Assembly: GCF_001194135.2 (NCBI RefSeq)
Contig: NC_068981.1
Location: forward strand, 154,813,130-154,872,123
DNA from: Octopus bimaculoides
Taxonomy: Eukaryota
Length of the DNA: 58,994 nucleotides
Reading direction: 5' to 3'
A model generated the notes under the pieces. That model searched no databases and was not told the origin of the DNA. It worked only from the letters and a program-made list of their open reading frames with translations. Both the position numbers and the translations under genes were made by a program. Positions 50,943 to 58,994 of this stretch are shown one piece after another. Within the stretch, counting starts at the first letter, position 1; every line of letters starts with the position of its first letter.

Positions 50943-52775
50943 GAAGACCAACCAACATTAGAGGTGGCTTTGCTAGATTTGAATTACTGCTTGTATTTAG
51001 CTTCATCAGTAACAAATATCCACTGTCCATTGTACTGTGACTTTCTCACTGACTCGTGACTCAAGTCTTTCACTTTCCCTTCTATTACTCCTTCCCCGAC
51101 CATTTCTATGTTAGTCTCTCTACTGACGGAAAATCATACACAGATATGACAGTTGTCATAAATCTATATGGTCACCACATCTTTATTGTAGCTGTTTATT
51201 ATTTATTAATCCAAAGTTGGTTCTGATCAAGCAGACCTATGATCAAAACAAGTCAACCCATAAGCACCCAACTAATTTTTTTTTCTGGCAGGAAGTGTGT
51301 TTTAAGGGATGTAAAACTGTTATTTCTAACAAATTGATAAATCTTGTTGGTTTATGCGCATCATTGTAATTGGATATGCCATCATAAATTTTAGGATTTA
51401 AAACATGCTTCCCCTACATTAAATACATTAACAAGATGATGGAGACATTTGGCTGCTACACAGAACAGAATAATGAGCTTGTAATAATTTACTTTTATTT
51501 TTCATTAATCACACTGAAATATTATTTGGTAATTTTTAATAAGTTAATCAGTGAGGTTAATTACTCAAATGCAATAGTTAACAATCATTAAGTTAGTGTT
51601 AACATATTTAATGTAGTGAGAACATTAAAAAAGAAATGTCTAGAAATAATTATATAGTGAGGAAAATATAATATTAGCCTAATGTCTAATATTATTTTAT
51701 TATTTTTGTAACTGTGGAAAATATGGGTGGCAACTCCAAACTTGTTTTGGTCTTATTTGACTTCCTTGCCAAATTATTAACAAGTAAACCTCAAAGTGTT
51801 TGTAGAATATAACACATGAATAGATACAAGAAATTAACACATTTAGGCACACCACAACTCCTTTACATAATTATAAGAGAATGACTGTGTGGACATACAA
51901 TATTGTAAATGTGTAGGTGTAGATAATTAGCATATTTAGAAGCAGCACAGTTCCTTTACATAATGGTATAAATTGATGGTCTGATGCTAATTACAAGAAT
52001 ACCAATATAGCGTGGCTTATAAATAATTAAATATTTGATCATATCTATATGTATTTCACTGTAAAAGTAAGCCACCATGTGGGCCATTTTCATTAGTTTG
52101 GGATGGAATTAATTGTACTTCGACATATACTTGTTTATGTTTTAATATGTCACCTTCAGCTTCTCATGCACAGGACTTAGTTTTACAGAAAAACTAAATA
52201 TAGAGATATATGACTCTTCATTTATTCATAGCCAAATACTGTATTGGCACTCTAGTAATTTTTTGGTATTATTGGCAGTCATATTCTCCATTATAAAACA
52301 ATAAATGATTATATTGTATTTGATAAAAAGAGTTTGTTAGCTTATAATATGATGGTTGGAGAAGTCAAGAATAGAAGAATAATAGAATCAGCCGAGAACT
52401 GTTTGAACAAAAAGAAATAAAAATGTTAGTTGCTGCAAAAGTGAGTTACACCAATGCCATTCAGAATAGATAAAAAAAAATCTAGAACAATGCTTTGCAA
52501 ATGGTGTACCACATGGGTATCAAGGTGAGCTGCATATATTTAAAAATATAATTTAAGGCTTTAGAAAATCTATATTAATTCTTGAGCACTTTGCAAAACA
52601 TGTTATAAATAAGTTTTGTCATACACAAGTAAGATTAATAAAATGAAGTAAACAATAGTTTTCTATATTTTTTCTCAATTGCTTATGTTAAAACAGTTTT
52701 TTTCAACTTTCCATGCAAAGTGCATCAGATAGTCAATAAGATTGAAAAATATTAATCTGAATAACAAAATGTAAG

Positions 52776-52778
<3 letters not shown>

Positions 52779-52840
<62 letters not shown>

Positions 52841-53006
52841 TTAACGTCTGCCTTCCATGATAGCATGGGTTGGACGATTTGACTGGGGACTGGTGAGCCA
52901 GAAGGCTGCACCAGGCTCTAATCTGATCTGGCAGAGTTTCTACAGCTAGATGCCCTTCCTAATGCCAACCACTCCAAGAGTGTAGTGGGTGCTTTTTACA
53001 TGCCAG
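52779..53006 (-). mobile_element. RTE-type tail with long (CAT)n
   Basis: Standard blocks. Confidence 0.9.
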
Positions 53007-53435
53007 TCCTTATATATTGCAATAGTCTTGAGCTGTGGTTCATAAACTTGGTTGTAGCAACTTCTGTTTGCTTAAAGCCATCTACTTTTATTTATTTATT
53101 TATTTTTCATAAAAGCTATTCAGTGAAAGGAAGTACTGAGTTCCTACTGATCTGAAGAGTAACAATAAGTGAATGTGTCATCTCATAGAAGTACAGAACA
53201 TTACAAGTAGCCATCCCTATATATTTGTAATCATCCTTTGTACACTTTAAAATGTGGTATTAGCATTTCCAAACTATAATAACAATTCCCTACATAGACT
53301 CAAGTTCATGTATTCAACAGGGGCCCCAATTTTGGTATATGGCTGGTACTTTATTCCTTCTGACAAATAAACTTATCAAACTCTCTCGTTAACTAATTGT
53401 TATCAGAACAGGCCATTACTAGTTTTCTCAGACAA

Positions 53436-53919
53436 CATACTCTTTTACTCTTTTACTTGGTTCAGTCATTTGACTGCGGCCATGCTGGAGCACCGCCTTT
53501 AGTCGAGAAAATCGACCCCAGGACTTATTCTTTTGTAAGCCTAGTACTTATTCTATCGGTCTCTTTTTGCCGAACCGCTAAGTTACGGGGACATAAACAC
53601 ACCAGCATCGGTTGTCAAGCAATGGAGGGACAAACACAGACACACAAACACACANNNNNNNNNNNNNNNNNNNNNNNNNNNNNNNNNNNNNNNNNNNNNN
53701 NNNNNNNNNNNNNNNNNNNNNNNNNNNNNNNNNNNNNNNNNNNNNNNNNNNNNNNNNNNNNNNNNNNNNNNNNNNNNNNNNNNNNNNNNNNNNNNNNNNN
53801 NNNNNNNNNNNNNNNNNNNNNNNNNNNNNNNNNNNNNNNNNNNNNNNNNNNNNNNNNNNNNNNNNNNNNNNNNNNNNNNNNNNNNNNNNNNNNNNNNNNN
53901 NNNNNNNNNNNNNNNNNNN

Positions 53920-53954
<35 letters not shown>

Positions 53955-54120
53955 TACAACTGACTTCTTTCAGTTTCCGTCTACCAAATCCACTCACAAG
54001 GCTTTGGTCGGCCCGAGGCTATAGTAGAAGACACTTGCCCAAGATGCCACGCAGTGGGACTGAACCCGGAACCATGTGATTGGTAAGCAAGCTACTTTCC
54101 ACACAGCCACTCCTGCGCCT
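53436..54120 (-). mobile_element. tRNA-derived SINE, family B, spanning a gap
   Basis: Head ggcgcaggagtggctgtgtggaaag... at 54120; tail ...cagtcaaatgactgaaccaagtaaaagagtaaaagag at 53436. A partial head lies at 54755-54900. Confidence 0.9.
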
Positions 54121-54182
54121 AGTTTACCTTCCTCTTACATATGTCTGAAAAGGAGGGATAACCATGAATGGAACACCTTTAA

Positions 54183-54389
54183 CCTTTCAGATTATTCTGT
54201 CAAATACTTGTGCATTCACATTATTTTAAATTAATCATGTATTATTTCATAGCTTTAAATTTCATTGATGTTATTGTTTATTTGTAAAATAACACTGTAG
54301 GGTAGGTGTGAAAGACCAGATCTGGCCAGCTTGAGTATAAAACAGATTGAATATTTGGGCTGCATACGGCCAGTTTAAATAATAAGAGG
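54183..54389. mobile_element. piggyBac-type MITE (inverted relative of 43378-43596)
   Basis: TTAA flanks at 54179-82 and 54390-93; internal ccagatctg and attctgtcaaat blocks shared. Confidence 0.75.
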
Positions 54390-56379
54390 TTAATCATAGA
54401 CCTACTTGATCAGGATTGACTTGCAGCCAAACTAAACAACAGTCGTTATTAAATAAATGCATCTGCACTATTTTTCTTTTGTTTTATACTTAATCCACAT
54501 ACCATGTGACAACAAAGGGTCCACTCAAAGGTATATGCAAAATGTTTGGTTTAATTACTTTTTTATGTTTTGTGGTTTTGGCTTAATCCAAAAAGGAAAG
54601 AAGGATAAAAGTTGTATTTAGACTGGCGACTAGGTTCAAAGACTCTTGACAGATCAGACTTCTACTAAAGGCACCTAAAAGTGAGGTTGTGGTGTTAAGC
54701 CCAGTGAAAGATCAAGCCAACAACTGAAGAACTTGAACAACCCTTTTCAAATGGGTTTCCACAAGGTTTCTGCATATCAAATTTTGCTCACAAGGCTTTA
54801 GCTGCTTTGAGCAAATGTCAGAAGACACTTGCTCAGGGTGCAACATACTCCAACACAAACCTGAACCCACATTGTTACAAAGCAAACATCTTAACCCAAC
54901 TGACAGACCTGCATCCATATTATGCAACAAATTAAGTTTATAAATATCAATCTAGCTGAATGTTATAAAAATAAAAGCAAAATGATATAAAAATAAGTTA
55001 TATTCAAACCATATAATTTAATTTCGCAACTTTCAGGCAATTTTCAAAGGTAAGTAAATTCAACATCCTGATTGTTTTCTGTATTCATTGTAAAATTTAT
55101 AGCATTAATTTGTTTATAGCAACCTCATTATTTAACAACTTCTTATTAAATTACTGGGAAATATTTAGTTATCGAGATGAATTTAATTAACATCTAATGA
55201 GTAAATTATACAGTTTTTACAATGCAGGTAAACTTTAATGTTCAAAACTATAGAAAATTAACATGAGAACATGTTATCCATGAATGTGATGGAGATGAAA
55301 CCATCTGTGTATATACATATATATTATTTATCCCTGTTGTTTTAAACCTTTCTTATATACCCTGCACCCCCAGAAGGTGTTCGATTAATTTTCACACACC
55401 TTCAAAAGTAATATCATATTTGAAGATGAAAAAATTCAATTTTCTAATAACTAATTTATTCTTTTAAATTGGACTACATGCAGAATTGTAAGAGAACAAA
55501 GTGAACTACAAAAAAATAATAGCTTTTGACTCAGTGCAAATGTAAATTGAGCAATTAGAAAAAGGATAACTGATAAGGCTGAAATCAGTCATAATTGTGA
55601 GCATAAAATTCAAGACTTCTCTCTTCCTGCTTTTTATTCCTAACTTTTATCAAATGGTGGAACTTTATTTTGCTGATTGTTTTCTGTAGGCATGTCTGTG
55701 CATTGAAGCAGTTACTAGGTTTTGTTTTGATTGGCAAAAAAGAACTAAATTCAAATTTGCACAAATGGAATGAGAACACAGTTCTTCAGGGTTAAATCTA
55801 TATATGTAGGATAATAAAGTTTTAAGTGTGCTCAAAACAATAAAATCATTTTTAAGAGTTAGATAATAATTTTTAATAATTTTTAGTAGATTAATATATT
55901 TATCTTTGCTGCATCCCTTGAAATACTGTTTGTACCCATCATCATACTTTGCAGGCACCCCATGTTATGAACCCCTGATCTAATTAAATCTGCACCACTG
56001 AGCTCTCTGAGTTGTTTTGCCTTAACTCCTTTTTATTTTAATTACACACATTTCTTTTGACTAAGAATATCAAGTCTCACTTGTATGTGTCAAATCTGGT
56101 TTGGACTCAAGATGGATAGTGCTGTGCTGATGGTGTCCATTTAGGCAGAAACATATGTCCAGAGCTGACTCCTTGTCACTGAAACAAAAATTACATTATC
56201 TTTTTCTCCTAGCAAGTTAATTCAATGAGAAGTATCTTTCAAAAAATTATCTACCCTTCTCACAAAGCTGCTAACAATCCTCACTAGGTTTATGTTTACT
56301 GTCAGCATAAGAAAATTCTATAAATTAGAATTCATCCTGCACACTGTTTTGTTTTGTGTTTTTTTTTTATGAGTAGTGC

Positions 56380-56666
56380 TTGATTTATTATTTTTTTTTT
56401 TTTGCTGTTGAAAGAGACAACAAAGCTGGCCTCTCAACATCACTGTTTATGGAGTCAATACAAGTTTGGCACATGTATCTAGATTATGAGTGGATTATAC
56501 ATGTTTCGGGAAGGTTAGAAAGGAAGGAGGGAAGGAAATATTGTGTTATCTGTGTAAGAGTGAATGTTGTTGGATATGGTGGTAAGTTGGTCGCTGATGT
56601 AGAGAAGGAAAAGAGGGAGAGAGAGAACTGAACTCTGGGGAACATCAGAGTTGATTGAAAATGGAA

Positions 56667-56709
<43 letters not shown>

Positions 56710-56870
56710 CAAAACGATGGAGCCCATCATTGTTAATGGCTGTCTATTACCTTGGAGATTTAGAACAGCAATAGAGCAATTGTATGCTGGAGTTGGGTAT
56801 CCTTTCTTTAGAATAGGACACATTGAAGTATACTTCTAAATGTCAGGCTATATTTCCATACAGAGTGAGA
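56380..56870 (-). mobile_element. L2/CR1-group LINE RT fragment interrupted by (GA)n
   Basis: PILKKGYPT (cf. PIPKKGD); INSDVPQSSVLSLPLFLLYISD...IHSYTDNT (cf. GVPQGSVLSPTLFLLFIND...YADD). Confidence 0.85.
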
Positions 56871-58376
56871 GATTAAAGAATTTGGTGGGTAAAGGGGCAA
56901 ATTCTGGAGCACATTTTGGAATGAAATGGAAAGGACATTGTCAGGGCTAGTGACCTTGCAGGTAATTTTGCACTATATACATAAGTGCATGTGTGTGCGT
57001 GCGCACACATAAAGGGTGTGTGTGTGTGTGTGTGTGTGTAAGTGTGTGTGTAAGTGTGTGCATGTGTGTGTGTGTTTGCATGTGTGTGTGTGTGTGTGTG
57101 TGTGTGTGGAGGCACATGGCTTAGTGCTCAGAGTGTTGCACTCAAGGTCATAAGATTGTAGTTTCAATTCCTGGATTTTGCAGTGCATTGTGTTCTTGAG
57201 CAAAACACTTCATTTCATGTTGCTCCAGTTCACTCAGCACTAGAGGACTATTATACCAAAGAATCCAGAAAACCAGCTTTATGAGTCTATGGCCCTGGAA
57301 AGGACCTTTGATTCTTTTACATATATGTGTGCATATATGTGTGTATGTATATATATATATATAAGCAAATATTTGCTGATCCCTAAATTATGTTTATAAA
57401 TATATATGAACTTTTAAATAAGTTCTCCACCGATAATGGTGCTTACATACCGAAGGGCTTGGTAAAAATTATTAATTGTTGATTTATTAATAAATTAATA
57501 AATTGATAATCCTTTACCCTTTTAATTTGTAATAATTATTCACTTCCTGTTAGTAAACGCAGATTCTCTGCGGTATTGCTTGTCACGCACATGGTAATTT
57601 CTTGAAGGAAGGATAGTAGACTGGCTGGCCGAGGTGGATTCGGTTATGCTTTCAGATTTGTGTCAATGTAGAATGTTACTCGTTCATGCATGCACAGTNN
57701 NNNNNNNNNNNNNNNNNNNNNNNNNNNNNNNNNNNNNNNNNNNNNNNNNNNNNNNNNNNNNNNNNNNNNNNNNNNNNNNNNNNNNNNNNNNNNNNNNNNN
57801 NNNNNNNNNNNNNNNNNNNNNNNNNNNNNNNNNNNNNNNNNNNNNNNNNNNNNNNNNNNNNNNNNNNNNNNNNNNNNNNNNNNNNNNNNNNNNNNNNNNN
57901 NNNNNNNNNNNNNNNNNNNNNNNNNNNNNNNNNNNNNNNNNNNNNNNNNNNNNNNNNNNNNNNNNNNNNNNNNNNNNNNNNNNNNNNNNNNNNNNNNNNN
58001 NNNNNNNNNNNNNNNNNNNNNNNNNNNNNNNNNNNNNNNNNNNNNNNNNNNNNNNNNNNNNNNNNNNNNNNNNNNNNNNNNNNNNNNNNNNNNNNNNNNN
58101 NNNNNNNNNNNNNNNNNNNNNNNNNNNNNNNNNNNNNNNNNNNNNNNNNNNNNNNNNNNNNNNNNNNNNNNNNNNNNNNNNNNNNNNNNNNNNNNNNNNN
58201 NNNNNNNNNNNNNNNNNNNNNNNNNNNNNNNNNNNNNNNNNNNNNNNNNNNNNNNNNNNNNNNNNNNNNNNNNNNNNNNNNNNNNNNNNNNNNNNNNNNN
58301 NNNNNNNNNNNNNNNNNNNNNNNNNNNNNNNNNNNNNNNNNNNNNNNNNNNNNNNNNNNNNNNNNNNNNNNNNNNN

Positions 58377-58417
<41 letters not shown>

Positions 58418-58425
58418 GAGGGTGG

Positions 58426-58524
58426 GGCAATTATGCAGATAAACAAATTAGACACATCAAATATATTAGGTTTTACATATTTAGTATATTTGATGTGTCT
58501 AATTTGTTTATCTGCATATTTGCC
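58426..58524. repeat. Near-perfect 43-bp inverted repeat with a 13-nt loop
   Basis: 58426-58468 versus reverse complement of 58482-58524: 41/43 identical. Confidence 0.95.
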
Positions 58525-58633
58525 TCTATAACCACTCAACTCGATCCCTCTTATAGCCTTCTTTACCTTGTGGCCTTGTGGAATGATCCTCTGTAAAGAC
58601 ATCAGAGTCTAAATCAGAATTGTTTGAGCACTA

Positions 58634-58994
58634 CTAAGTGTCTTCTATACAGAGAATCTCTAGATCTCATCTGTGAGCTATATATAGCTATATATCATCA
58701 TCATCATCATCATCGTTTAACGTCTGCTTTCCATGCTAGCATGGGTTGGACGATTTGACTGAGGACTGGTGAAACCGGATGGCAACACCAGGCTCCAATC
58801 TAATTTGGCAGAGTTTCTACAGCTGGATGCCCTTCCTAACACCGACCACTCAGAGAGTGTAGTGGGTGCTTTTATGTGTCACCCGCAAGAAAACGGCCAC
58901 GCTCGAAATGGTGTCTTTTACGTGCCACCCACACAAGAGCCAGTCCAGGGGCACTGGCAACGATCTCGCTCGAAAACCCTACAAAGGCCAGTCA
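58634..58994 (-). mobile_element. RTE-type 3' UTR/SINE tail (runs off the window)
   Basis: (CAT)n-gtttaacgtctgctttccatgctagc... Confidence 0.9.

Noticed and set aside
52341-52440. Plus-strand exon ending AAA|GTGAGT
   Set aside because: No frame is open from any plausible acceptor.
57420-57700. Possible Penelope GIY-YIG tail and hammerhead-like ccgataa...accgaag
   Set aside because: Peptide similarity is weak, the core has several substitutions and the sequence is cut by a gap.
1-58994. CRISPR array, rRNA or genuine tRNA genes
   Set aside because: None seen; A/B-box sequences all belong to SINE heads and tandem units lack unique spacers.

Overview
AT-rich, gap-containing metazoan genomic DNA with dense microsatellites. 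The SINE/RTE repeat repertoire and the (AT)n/(GATA)n/(CAT)n load point to an octopod cephalopod (Octopus-like); this is inferred from repeat recognition and was not tested by a search. No long intact protein-coding gene is visible, and most ORFs in the six-frame track are microsatellite, gap or repeat artefacts. The window is a transposon graveyard: decayed Gypsy LTR elements, L2/CR1, RTE, R4/Dong, Tx1 and Penelope retroelements, a full-length but dead hAT (Buster/Charlie-type) element, a foldback-shaped Merlin element, pogo/piggyBac/mariner MITEs, and more than 25 SINE or LINE-tail copies. A CpG-retaining island at about 27.5-31.4 kb, with outward-facing splice signals, may be a bidirectional promoter. 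The most notable observations are three Penelope-type minimal type-I hammerhead ribozyme motifs (two with large structured insertions in stem II), the Merlin foldback, an apparently twin-primed RTE insertion, a locally templated insertion into a palindrome, a 43-bp near-perfect hairpin and a candidate small secreted or membrane ORF. All alignments and folds were done by eye.
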